From the NCBI GenBank assembly GCA_964016885.1, contig OZ024741.1, forward strand, positions 385,392,001 through 385,456,000: DNA of 64,000 nucleotides. Reading direction: 5' to 3'. Under the pieces are notes generated by a model. The model did not search any database. It was not told the origin of the DNA and worked only from the letters and a program-made list of their open reading frames with translations. The translations under genes and the position numbers were made by a program. Of the stretch, positions 51,911 through 64,000 are shown one piece after another (the stretch's first letter is position 1; each line of letters begins with the position of its first letter). The stretch comes from Eledone cirrhosa (taxonomy: Eukaryota).

Positions 51911-54032
51911 GTAGGTTGCCATCTTTATCTTTTTAGAATTCATTTTCTTTTTTTAACTGTTCATATATTTTTCTCTAATTCTAACAGTTCCATCTGGACT
52001 TTTTTTATAATTACTAAAATATATTATATTTTCAATCAAGAATTTAAGTTTTGCTCATAATGATTTCTAAGGCCAGCAATTTGTGTCTATTACATAGACA
52101 CTAGTATTTTATTCTTCTTCATCTGGAGTCATCCTATGCCTTGAAGTAGTGGTAAGGCATTGATAAATTTGATTCCTGAGTCTTCTGTCAACTATTGCAG
52201 CATGCAGATCCATTCCTTTGAGGTCTGTGTCTATCTTGATGATTGATGTCAATATGGCTGACCAACTCAGCCAGAGTCCAGAGAAGCAATCTTCCAGCAG
52301 GTTCATCATGGCTAGACAACGATGCCTCACACCATCAGATGGTACTTTATTTTATCAACCCTAGAAAGATAAAGGCAAAGTTGATCATGACAGGATTTGA
52401 ACTCAGAACGTTGAAGGCTGAAATGAAATATTGCAATGATTTTATTTGACTTCCCCTACTCCATCCTCCCACTCCCACCAACACCACCCTTTCTCTGTAA
52501 AGTTATGTTGGTACTACAGAACATCCAGTCCACACTAAAGTGGTCATGTAGGTGTCACAACAAAAAGAACCCAGTCCACACTGTAAAGTGGTCGTGTATT
52601 AGACACGGTAAAAAAGCTCCCAGTCCACACTGTAAATGTGGTTGGTGTTAAGAAGGGCATCCAGCTGTAGAAAACCTGCCAGACACAGTCCTATACGAGC
52701 GATACACGGTCACCCAACCAATCTTGCCTCAAGTGGGACAATTAGCGTGGAAGATTGACGTTAAACAATGATGATGATACTAACGACTCTACCAATCCAC
52801 CACCATAGTTTTGGTCTCATAATGACAGCTGTTACTTAAATTTACTCTAGCATATCATCTATCTATGTGGAAATACATTGTTTACAAATAGTACATCAGA
52901 CCTGTTATGTATAATGTCAAACTTGTCTATCACTATGTCCCCCCCCCCCCACACACACACACACAAATTATGAAATAAAACCATTTAAATAAACAATTTA
53001 TGGCAATCATTGCAAATGCCATATCCACAACACACTTTAACTATTAACGTCCTGTACCACAGATTTTACATAATGAAAGCTATACCCATTTTCACAAGAT
53101 AAGACATCTCTCACCCACCCCAAAGTGGGTGGGAGATCTCCCTGTCGGACTGGGAGAGTTGATAGGTCTGACATCCACATACTATGCCCTGCTAACTGGT
53201 TAGTTGGAGTTCCTCCAATCTTATGGTAATTATCCCTAGCACCAAAGATGCTTCATCCTTGGCTCCTCTGTGACAATTAGGCTGGTGACTAAAACCTCAC
53301 TTTTAGGTAATTCCCCATCACATTCCACACACACAACCAAAACTCATAGTCCCCCCCCCCCCCCCCCACTTCCCCAAGAAGCTTACTCATAGCTGCACTG
53401 CAGCATTTCAGGTAAAGAACATGCACTAAAATTCTTGGAAAAACTCATCCATCCCCTCAAACTGGACAGAAGTTCTCTCACTTTCAAAAACTGCTAAATC
53501 TTTTTTTTCGTTCCTTGCCAAAAGGATGTGTACTAACTTCACAAAATTATCCTTCTCTACACTTCTCAACCATGATGGTTCTATAGACAGTACCTATATA
53601 GAAAAAAATGCCTCCATAGTAACAGCCTTCTTTGCATCCAATTCCATACTGCACACACACAAAGTAAATCTCTTTCCAAACTATCCATTTCTATTCCACC
53701 AGACCCATCACCATACCATGTGGGAAAGTGCCTTCATTTGCTTCAAACCAAAAAGCCATAATCACGCATCTTTCATTACCCTCAAGCAATGCATCTCACA
53801 TATGTAGTCCCTATCCTCACCAAATTCTTTACTCACTCTCTCTCTCTCTCTCCTCAGAGATCTGCGCCATTTTCAAAAGAGGCAACCCCTCTCCATTTCT
53901 CAGTCTACTTCATACTATTTCAGTATAGTTTCAATTTATACAACTCCTTTGATGTTTTTACCTTAACCTTACATTCTTTATTATTGCATGACCTTATACC
54001 TAATACTAATATTCTTATTTCTCTTTGTACAG

Positions 54033-54115
54033 TTTAGCATGCATAGCAACCTGGGTCTTGTGATACAATCTATAATTGAACAATTCAACAAGAACCCTCC
54101 AATTCTTATACCATT
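54033..54115 (+). CDS. VPS37A: VPS37A coding exon 4
   Basis: tacag acceptor; FSMHSNLGLVIQSIIEQFNKNPPILIP, compare FTMHSDLGKIIQSLLDEFWKNPP; gtaagt donor, phase 2. Confidence 0.93.
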
Positions 54116-54984
54116 GTAAGTAAACTACATTCACATCTAGTCTTCTTTAGTACCCCCTCCCATAACTCCTGATAGAGTCACAAGCAAGTTGGTATCAAAA
54201 GTGTTAATATTAACTTGAGAAACAGTAAATTAACCAACCTGTCTGAAGCTACCACTGCTTCCCTGATACAGAGCTGTTGATTTTAAGGTGTTTGTATTTA
54301 TTTAATAGCCTTCTATCATAATTTTATGTAAAAACGTTTCTTAAGTTATGTTCCAAAAATCAGCTTAATAATGAGAAATTTAGTTATATTACTAAATCTG
54401 TAAAGAGTTGCAACTGGTAGATATCAGCAATGGGGAGACCAATGGAAACCTTGTTTCCTTGATCCAATCTGACGAGTTCCACCCCACATGGTAAGCAAAT
54501 GAGGTCTCGGATCTTGTCGATTTGGATTATATATACTAAATCCCTTCAAGTTCTTGTTTATTTTCAAAATGATTTAAAAATCAGGCAGAATCTTTCATTA
54601 GAAATATGGTTTTAAAAACAAAAATAAAATGGATATATTGTCAGTGGATGCAAGAAAGACAACTGTGGTAATTTCGACAACTCAGGATAATGGATTAAGA
54701 TAAGCTTGGTAAGAATAGTTGTAAATATTAGTTAAAAATGAAGTCATAATAGTTATCTTTGTGTTAGGCTCTTCTGTATAGAATATAGAATAAATGGCTC
54801 ATTTAAGCATGCTAAAAAGAGCAATGGATGCTAAATGACGGTTTCTGAATTAGGCACAAGACCAACAAATTTTGGAGGAGGCAAAAGTCAATTAAATTGA
54901 CACCATACTTTATTTTATTGACTTCGTAAGGATGAAAGTCAAAGCTAACCTCAGCAGGATTTAAACTCAGAATGTAAAGCATGA

Positions 54985-55500
54985 CAATTGTTGTTGCTTT
55001 TGAATTTTTGCAACATCAGGAAAGCAAGAAGCTGAAAAAGAATTCCATAGGCATGATGGGAGAGGGGAGAAACTATCAGAAGAGAATTTACAATTACATT
55101 TAGGAATTTCAACTATAAATGGAGGAGACCTAGCCGCCACTCTGGTTCTCTGTTTAAACTCATGAATACGAGGTAACAAAAAGGAAAGCTCACCAGAACA
55201 ATTCCCGTGAAAATATTTATAATAAAGACAAAGAGAGGCAATATTTTCAATGGTGTGATAGTGATTTAAGCTGACATGATAAAACAGGACCAATAGCATT
55301 GATGATTCTTTGGATTTTATCCAGACTCTCATGGAGCACAGCAGAAGCACCAGGCCAGATGTGGCAACAGTACTTAATACAAGGATGAATGGTTGATTTA
55401 TAAATATAACATATTTTCAGGTGTGAAAAATATTTTGGCATGATGGAATGAACCAACGTTCTGAACAGCAGTTTTGGCAATCAATGTGATATAATCATTC
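54985..55500 (-). mobile_element. CR1/Jockey-group LINE C-terminal fragment
   Basis: IYKSTIHPCIKYCCHIWPGAS..LDKIQR..SLSHH..ASLCLYYKYFHGNCS..LWNSF, typical post-RT motifs. Confidence 0.75.
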
Positions 55501-56198
55501 CAGCTCAATAATAAATAGCTACATTTCACATTTTTCTTTCTCAAACTTGAAATATATCTGCCAATATCAATAAAATAACAGTGATTCTTTTTGTCATTTA
55601 AATTAATTGCATGCTATTTGAAAAGCCACAATACACATTTATAACTGCAGTTATATTTTTGAGAAAATATTTACAAAACTTTTGTTAACCTTTTTGATAC
55701 TAAACCACCTAAAACTGCCCCTGGTTATATGATACAAAGCTGTTTATTTGAAAATGTTTCATCAAAACCTTCCATCAAAATTATTTAAGAACATTTATGT
55801 CCATTAACCAGCTTCATAATGAGAAAGTTGTTATGATCCAAATCAACAAGATCCCAGACCTTATTCACTCACCAAGTTGGGTGGAACTCATCAAAATCAG
55901 ACCAATGAGACAATGTTTCCATTAGTCTTTCCAATTGCTAATACTACCTACCGGTCGCAAATCCCTCTAAATTCTTAATTATTTTTAAATTCATTGAAGA
56001 ATCATAGGCAATATCTTTCATTAGAAATACGCTAGCAAAGGGGCATAACATTAAAACCAATAGGCTAAAGGAAATATTTTTGCAGCAGCATAAAAGTAAA
56101 ACCTGTTTTTTTTTTTGTTTTCTTTTAAGATATTATTTAATCAAATTTTCTGTAATTATTGATCATGAATTATGAAAATGTATTATGTCTTCCTCCAG

Positions 56199-56403
56199 CA
56201 ATATTAATACTCCTGTTCCTTATTATGTGGGCCAACTTCCTACACAAAGTCCAGTTGCAAACATTGGCAATATGTATCCACACATGTATCCACTAGCAAA
56301 TCCTCCAGTTAACCCTTGCACAAAGACACCGACATTAACTGCAAATGGAAACCAGCCAACCTTGGAAAATTTTCCCCTTCAGGAACCTCCACATAATTCA
56401 GAG
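56199..56403 (+). CDS. VPS37A: VPS37A coding exon 5 (Pro-rich linker)
   Basis: ctccag acceptor; open Pro/Asn-rich frame NINTPVPYYVGQLPTQSP...QEPPHNSE within ORF 56185..56430; GAG|gtagta donor; phases fit exons 4 and 6. Poorly conserved region, so boundaries rest on splice signals and phase. Confidence 0.8.
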
Positions 56404-57216
56404 GTAGTATTCTTTTTAATTCTGATTTAATTTGGTCTATATTCTTTATATATAACAGCCTAGTTGGACTCACTAAGGTTGTGAGTTCGATTCCTGAATT
56501 GGGTGGCATGTTGTTTTCTTGAGCAAGATGCTTCATGATAGGACTGGGGTCCCAATCATTAAATCACCTGAGAAACATTCTATGAGATGCAACCTCAAAG
56601 GAGTTCAGATACACTTATCTAAGTGGAAGCTGTAAATTTCATTTTTTTTTTTTTTCCTTTGAAGCGAGAGAATGCAATAGGAAAACACTCTACAAACTAT
56701 ATTCAGACTCAGATATATATTTGTGTAAAGTGGCCTAGTGGTAAGAGTGTTGGATTTATGATGATAATGTCATTTGTTAAATTCCTGGACTGAGTTTTGT
56801 GTTGTGTTCTTGAGCAAAACCCTCCATTTGACATTGCTCCAATGTCCAGGAGAAGTCTTGTACTCTCAGTCATTTCACACCTCAGAAACCAAGATAAGTA
56901 CTGGCCTGATGAGCCACCAGGCTCGAGACAAACTTCAGACTTTAGAAAGTAATGGTTTAGATATTCTACTGTAAACCTATACCTGTTCAGTTTAATATGC
57001 TCTCCCTATTGAATTTAACATGCTAGCTAAATCTATATCGTTGTGAGCTGTAACAACAACATTTCTAAAACAGCTAAGAAACCTCCTATGAAATACAACC
57101 TCATAGGAGACCAATTGAACTTGCATAAATGTGGGCTGTAAATTTTATTTTATTTTTCATTTTATTTTATTTATCATTGTTTTATTGTTTTTTAATATAA
57201 TTTAACATTTGTTTAG

Positions 57217-57278
57217 TATTTCAGTGGATACAAAATGCCAGAACTTCCTACTTCATTTCCTTCATTGAAAACCAAGAG
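57217..57278 (+). CDS. VPS37A: VPS37A coding exon 6
   Basis: tttag acceptor; YFSGYKMPELPTSFPSLKTK, compare GFGYKMPDVPDAFPEL; AG|gtaat donor. Confidence 0.88.
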
Positions 57279-58229
57279 GTAATACTTATTGTATAGATGT
57301 GGTGGGCATCATTATTCTCCCCCTCCACACACACACATACACAGTGATATAGATACCTTTGCATGCACTTCACAAAAAATATTTTGTCCAACATCAAACA
57401 AAACACACCATCAGAATGTGGAATTGTTGCTTATTACCTAACGTGTCCTTTTTATAATATGATTGGGTGTGATTTGAGGAAGATTTGACTGTTTGAATGA
57501 CCATGTTACGGCCATCTTGTTGATTTGTCAGACAGTTAGTATATCACTGAAACAAGAGACATGCTATAACAAATCCAAGCATTTTCATATCACAAAGAGC
57601 AAATAAACTTATTGGTCATAAAAACTGGAGGTTGGTTTGAAAGCATAGTAGCTAGAATAAAAACAGGGTGGAAAAAGATCAGGGAACTACTACTTCTTTT
57701 GGCAACAAAGGTGTTCATTCTCCAAGCAAAGACTAGATTGTATGATGTCTGCATGAATAGTACGGTGCTGTATAGAAACTGTATTGTTGGGGATAATAAA
57801 GATATAATGTTTCTCCTAATATTGTTTCTACATTTGGCTCAAGGCTAGCAATTTAAAGAGAAGGGGAAAGTCGATCAAATCAACCTCAGTGCATTACTGG
57901 CGCTCTATTTTATTGACTCCATAAGGATGAAAGGCAATGCTAACCTTAGTGGGATTTGAACTCAGAACATAAAGGGCTGTAACTACACGCTACAAAACAT
58001 CTTATGCAACGTTCTATGATACTGCTATTTTCCAGGATTTATTTATTTTTTTAATCTGTGGCATATTTTATAAATCATTAATATTGATAATGGTTTCTGA
58101 TTTAGACACAAAGCCAATAATTTTGTGGGAAGGAAAGTCAATTAAATCGACCCCAGTGTCTTACTGGTACTTTATTGTATCAACCCCATAAGGATTAATA
58201 TTGATAATAAAACCCTGTTTCTGTTTCAG

Positions 58230-58357
58230 TATAACAGAGTTAAATGAATTGATGAATGATGAGGGCAAACTGTTTGAAATGCTCCAGAAACTACCTGAAG
58301 TAATTAAAATTGAGAAAGAACGTCAACAGATGTCTGATGAATGTATTAGCCTTGCAG
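58230..58357 (+). CDS. VPS37A: VPS37A coding exon 7 (start of Mod(r) domain)
   Basis: tttcag acceptor; (S)ITELNELMNDEGKLFEMLQKLPEVIKIEKERQQMSDECISLA; G|gttagt donor, phase 1. Confidence 0.9.
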
Positions 58358-59381
58358 GTTAGTTAAAACAACAAGTTTTTCTATTCATAACAACAATATT
58401 CATTATTGCGGTTTTCATTATTTTTCATTTTTATCAATCAAGTATGTGTGTGTCTCGTGGCTTATTGATTAAAGAATTGAATTCACAATCGCGAGGTTGT
58501 GAGTTCAGTTCCCAGATAGAGTGATGCGTAATGAGTAAGACACTTTATTTTTTATGCTCTTTCTGCCAGGAGTTGCAACTGGTAGATAGTATCAGCAATG
58601 GAAAGACCAATGGAAACATTGTTTCCATGGTTTGATTTGACAAGTTCCACCCCATTCAGTAAGCAAATGAGGTCGGGAATCTTGTCGATCGATTCCCCTG
58701 TATGTGTGTATGTGCATGCATGCATATGTCGACTGGTTTAAAAGTGAGCAATATAATATGTATGATAAAGTGCAGAGCTTCATCTATTTCTTATCTAACA
58801 GAGAGATACAAAACAGGTTGATATTGATATATAAGATTTATAAGCTAATTAGAATTTCATTTTATGAAAATTCTCCAAGAATTGTGCCCTTTAAATACTT
58901 TCACTTTTAGTTATGCTTCCTGGTCAGTAGAATGTATGAAATGTATTAGAAATTTTGTCTCAACTTTGTTGACATTGAAAACAATTTGCACCATTAACCC
59001 TTTTGATACCAACCCATCTGAGACCATTTCTGATTCTATGATACAAAACTGTCCATTTTAAAGTATTTTATTTAAATTGAAACCTCCTCTTAAAATTTTA
59101 TTTAAAATTTTGTCATTTTGTTCCAAACAAGACCCTCATAATGGTGGACAACATATTTTATTAGAAATATTGTCCCCAAAAAGTTAAGGGAGAAGTTCTC
59201 ATACATTAGCAATATAACTTGGCTAATGTTTGCTTGAGAAGATATATAATTGAACTATGTGAAATTTCATAATTTAAACTTAATCTGACCCTATGTCAAA
59301 GTCACATTGTAGTATTAAGTAGTATTAATCTGCAGCATTATACTTTTTATTTTTTGTCATTTAAAAAATTATATTTTCTAG

Positions 59382-59440
59382 AAAAGAATTTGAAGAAAAA
59401 ACCAGTGACAGAACAATTAAAAAAGTCTTTGCTAAAAAAG
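59382..59440 (+). CDS. VPS37A: VPS37A coding exon 8
   Basis: ttctag acceptor; (E)KNLKKKPVTEQLKKSLLKK, compare RKNLLLEPSLEAKRQTVLDK; AAG|gtaaga donor. Confidence 0.9.
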
Positions 59441-61917
59441 GTAAGAAAATAAATTTCATTTAGTATATTTAATAGTTTTGTTGTTTCTAATGTTTCATGA
59501 TTTCAAACATTTAATAAACCTGGGACGACATGATAAAATCCGACCTTGCACACTTACACCTCACTAAGACAATATCACTTGATCGAGATCTTTGGCACCA
59601 TGCAGTAATACAGAAGACCCGCCTTCCTTACGTACAAAGTTAACCCACAGTCAGCAGGCTCCTCCTAACCAAATATACACCCTAACCCACTATCCCTACT
59701 CCATCCTCCCACTTCCACCCACACCACCCTTTCTGTGTAAAGTTATGTTGGTAACACAGAACATCCAGTCCACACTAAAGTGGTCATGTAGGTGTCACAA
59801 CAAAAAACACCCAGTCCACACTGTAAAGTGGTCGTATAGGAGACACAGTAAAAAAGCTCCTAGTCCACATTGTAAATGTGGTTGGTGTTAGGAAGGGCAT
59901 CCAGCCGTAGAAAACCTGCCAGATGCAGTCCTATACGAGCGATACACGGTCACCCGATCAATCTTGCCTAGAGGGACAATTCTCGTCTAACCCATACTAG
60001 CATGGAAGATAGGCGTTAAATAATGATGACGATGATTATGATGCTTTGTTATGCTATCAACACATTATCTTTAATTTCAAAATGTATAAATATAAAAAAA
60101 ACAAACAGAAGACTTAGGAAAACATGGGATGATGTGGTGAAGGCTGATCTCATGCAGCTGAATCTCACAAAGGATATGACCCAGGATCAAGAAAACTGGC
60201 GTAATACATAGAATTTGCCATCTCATGCAAATGGTATGAATGAAGCATCACAAAGAGAATTGCAAACCACATACCTCCCTCCACCCTCCACCTGAAAAAA
60301 CAGAATAGTGATACAACACTCAGGTTCCCCCATCCTACTGCTTGCCAATATACTCCTGAACTCCCTGCTAGCATGCCCCTCATCCTAAACCCAAAGAAGC
60401 AACTTTAAGGTCTTTGCCTTGTCCAACCCATGCCAGCATGAAAAGCTAGAATGAACCTTGACTGGTTTGCCACTCCTGCTGAACCTTTGCACCCCCAACC
60501 TAGCGCACACCAAAATGACAGACATCACTCACCCAATTGCTTCAGGCAGTATATAAACACTCCTTTTAGGCCATTATGGGAAAGTAGGCACATTCTTACA
60601 ATACATCAGACACCATCTACTTCGAGGCTATCACTATGTTGCTATCATATATTGCTCCAGTTTACACAGCTTGGACATGAAGAACGAAGACTGGTATGCA
60701 TGGGTGACTGGTGGTCTTCCACAAACAGCCTTACCCAACTTGTGTCTTGGAGGGGAACTTTCTAGGTGCAAATCCCATGGTCATTTGTGACCAAAGAGGA
60801 TCTTTACCCTTAAGACAAAGAAGTCAAATGTTCTAAATTGGTCTTATTAATTCCATTATAAATTGAAATTGATATTCATTTTTCTAAAGAATAGTCTAAT
60901 AAAATAAAATTGAAGATCATAGCTGACAAACACAGTTGAATGGTTTTGGCTGTGTTTGAACGAATGGCTTATGGATTATCACTTCAGCACCTTAATAATA
61001 TTTTAGTAGGTATATTTGTATGGTCCTGTAACTCCTGAAGGATTCATAGGGGTGCCATATTGACATACAGGTCTAATACTTTATTAACAGATGGCAATTG
61101 AGGGTCATCATTGGTCTATTATCTCTATCGTTTCTATGGCATATAGGAAACCAATTAAATTTTAGAATCAACCTGTTCATCCAACATACCAGATATGTGA
61201 GATTTTTGTCCACAGGTTATGCTATATTTCATTGTGTTTAATGAGTACAGTTTAACAATCAGAGCTTGTTGAATCCAGTTCACAGTTTAGTTTGTATTTA
61301 TTTGTATGTGCAGAGGCTGAGCTGGACAAGATGAACTTGATTCTTTAATATTTATTTACTAGTATTTTATAACTCAACAGAGAAATTGAGTAAAGAAGAC
61401 ACAAACTATATTGATGTGTATGTCTTTTGCGTTTTTTAGAGAAGGAAGTGATTGATTTTAAAAGGCCATATGATAGGAAAGAGATATAACTAGTATCGTT
61501 TTTACATCCATTTTTCCACGCATGCATGGGTTGGATGGGTCCTTTTCAGCACAGCATCTTTCCATTCATCACATTGCTTCGTCACCTTCTCTGTGAGCCT
61601 CAGCTATTTGAGATCAGTTCTCACCACCTCCACCCATGTCTTCCTTGGTTTACCTCTACTGCAACTTCTTACCTCTGTGATTTCCTCCACTTCTTCACCC
61701 AGCAATCATCATCTATGCATATCACATCTCCATACAAAACAAATTGTAACTTTGATTAAATTAGATTTTGGTTTGTTTTTTTATAAGTAGTTTGAGCACA
61801 ATCAGTTATAATCAGGATATGGTATTTCAAGTTAGATTCTATGGCTATTTTAATACTTATATATCAAATAAATATGGAAAAATAATGTAAATATATTTTC
61901 GGACAATTTCTTTCCAG

Positions 61918-62080
61918 TTGGATGAGTTGGAGATGTTACAAAATGAATTTGAAGAAGAAAGTGAACACCATATGTGTCTGTCAGACCAGTTCCACCCTAC
62001 CAACATTCAAAGTAACATAAAAGTAGCTGTAATGGAAGCAGATGAAAAGTCAGAAAAAATTGCTGAAGATTTTCTTAATG
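61918..62080 (+). CDS. VPS37A: VPS37A coding exon 9 (Mod(r)/VPS37 C-terminal region); gene continues beyond the window
   Basis: ttccag acceptor; LDELEMLQNEFEEESEHHMCLSDQFHPTNIQSNIKVAVMEADEKSEKIAEDFLN(G), compare LKVAAHEAEEESDNIAEDFLEG; gtaagt donor. Confidence 0.93.
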
Positions 62081-62899
62081 GTAAGTTGGTTTTTCATTTG
62101 TTTGACTCCATGTTAACATATTGATGATTAAAACATGTATATTAAATATTGAAAGAAAATCATTGATTATTCAATTGGTCTTCTTCAAACTGTGTCTGTT
62201 GAAATATATATTTCTTATGTTGACAGCAAGTCTAGATAGAGTTCATAGCTCAAAGATTAGAGAGTTGCTCCACATAGAGCCACTACTTCTCTGAATTGAG
62301 AGATCACAGCTCTAGTATTACAGGCATCGGGCAAAACCAAACCAGCAGGAGACTCAGGAGTAGACCTTGAGTAAGATGGTTGGATAACATCCATGAGCTT
62401 GGCTAGTCACTCTTGGGGATCCAGCCGGATCAATTGGAGACAGTTGCTTCCAACAGAACCTGTTGGAAGGAGTGTTTGAGGACTCTTCCCCTACAACCCT
62501 CTTAAGAATAAATGGATGAAGAAGAAGGTCATAGGTCCATTCATGTAATCATACACCACATCTAATTATATATTTCCAACTCCATTTATAGAGACACATT
62601 ATTTGTAAAGGTGTTGTACTCTTAAACAAGTTATATAACTCTGCTTGCTTCAATTTGTTAGACTCATAAAAAGAGGTTCTACTCCTATTTCAAACATAAG
62701 TGATTTGGGATAAAATAATTATTTTTAAAAAACCATCCTATACATTCTAACAAGGATGTCAACCATAAAATAGTTTGTAAAAAATCTTTCTTTTTTTTTT
62801 TTGTTCTACAAGCCAGACTGACAATACTCTTTACTTTGTTCATCAGCAAAACTAAACAACAAAAACAGTGAGCATTTTAAAGCCAGGGTCTAACCTTGT

Positions 62900-63475
62900 G
62901 GACCTCATAAACTTCTCTATTTTGCCCTGTCATCTGCATTCCTTTTACCAGCTCTTTCCTTGGCTTTCATTTCCTCCTCTGTTGTCTTTAACCATGTCTT
63001 CTTTGGTCTGGCCCTTCTTCACCTTCCTTCCATACACATTTCTATCATTCCTCTCCCTCAGTCACTTTCTTCCTTCCTCAACACATGACCCAGCCATCCC
63101 ATTCCATTTCTCTTCACAACATTCATCACTGGTTCTATTCCCCTCAACCTCTGCAATTTATTGTTTGTTTTCCTCTCACTGAGCGATATCCAACACATTT
63201 ATTGAACCATTCTTATTTCTGTTTTTTCCAGCCTTCTGTTGCTTCATATTCATCATCCATGTCTTTATCCCATAAAGTATAACTCTTCTCAACAATAGAT
63301 ACATTCCACATACACATAAACCTAACCCCTTACATGTCACACACAATATCTTATTGATCTTCACCCCATACAAACATTAAAAAAATAAAGTTTAGGTAAC
63401 TAAATATACAAGTGCTACAAATGTCCAACTCATGCAATCATGGAAAAGCAGACGTAAAAACGATGATGATGATGA
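62900..63475. mobile_element. Old RTE fragment (-) followed by an RTE/SINE tail (+)
   Basis: Minus-strand ILYGIKTW.. and GRPKKTW remnants; + strand CATGCAATCATGGAAAAGCAGACGTAAAAAC(GAT)n. Confidence 0.6.
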
Positions 63476-63551
63476 TCCTAGAAAACACATTAGCTTACAA
63501 ACAATATATAAGATTCATCAATAAGCTTTGTCAGTCCTACTAGGTCCTTAA

Positions 63552-63867
63552 CCCTTTTAATACCAAAACACCATTGGTTCTATGATACAAAACTGTTTGT
63601 TTTAAAGTGTTGATATTTATCTAAAAACCTTCCATCAGACCAGTCACTAAAGTGAGTGGGTGCCACTGTCCCTCTACTTTTCAATGGTGTACCCTCAGAT
63701 TTCGAAAAGAGAGTTTATAAAAAAACGTCCTGAAATACATTCCTCGGATTAGAGTGCCCGCTTAAAATGTTCTGAAGTCCCAAAGCCTGGCAACAGCCTT
63801 GCCTTTCATCATAATTTTATGTAAAATCCTTTAGTGTCTTTTATTAAAAATATGGTAATGAAAAGGG
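63552..63867. mobile_element. TTAA-flanked MITE (piggyBac-like)
   Basis: TTAA|CCCTTTTAATACCA ... TGGTAATGAAAAGGG|TTAA; relatives at about 55689-56045 and 58998-59182. Confidence 0.7.
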
Positions 63868-64000
63868 TTAATTTTTTTCATCCAGTAACCAATAAGATTC
63901 CCAAATTTTACATGAAACACATTTCACATCTTATGCCACTGATTATTGCAACTACATGTCAACCATTTTATGAACACCTAAACATCTAAACACTGCTGTG

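Noticed and set aside
53085-53900. Possible retroelement ORF1/gag remnant on the minus strand
   Set aside because: No diagnostic motif could be read with confidence, so it is left unclassified.
57222-57224. Alternative CAG acceptor for VPS37A exon 6
   Set aside because: Out of frame with the phase-0 donor of exon 5; the TAG at 57214-57216 keeps the frame.

Overview
AT-rich, microsatellite-dense eukaryotic DNA. The SINE families, RTE LINE load and (TA)n/(CAT)n density suggest an octopus or other coleoid cephalopod genome (inference). One host gene is recognisable: VPS37A (ESCRT-I) on the + strand, with nine coding exons from 32344 to 62080 that splice in frame (985 nt, about 328 codons); its 3' end lies beyond the window. 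Most of the rest is transposon debris: many RTE-clade LINE fragments, tRNA-headed SINEs with RTE-type tails, R4/Dong, Tx1 and CR1/Jockey-group LINE fragments, an internally deleted Helitron with both ends, two inverted copies of a Charlie/Buster-like hAT element with a 40-bp minisatellite, a full-length DD41D Tc1/mariner, and TTAA-flanked MITEs. The most interesting signals are: (i) several minimal type-I hammerhead ribozyme motifs with self-complementary stem III, some inside long fold-backs; (ii) a complete PHD-type C4HC3 finger inserted inside the RTE reverse transcriptase; (iii) RTE/SINE insertions bracketed by (TA)n on both sides; (iv) a near-perfect 183-bp-arm fold-back built from two Helitron-like 3' ends; (v) an intronic duplicate of VPS37A exon 2 that keeps its splice donor. 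Repeat boundaries were read by eye and are approximate unless termini are quoted.
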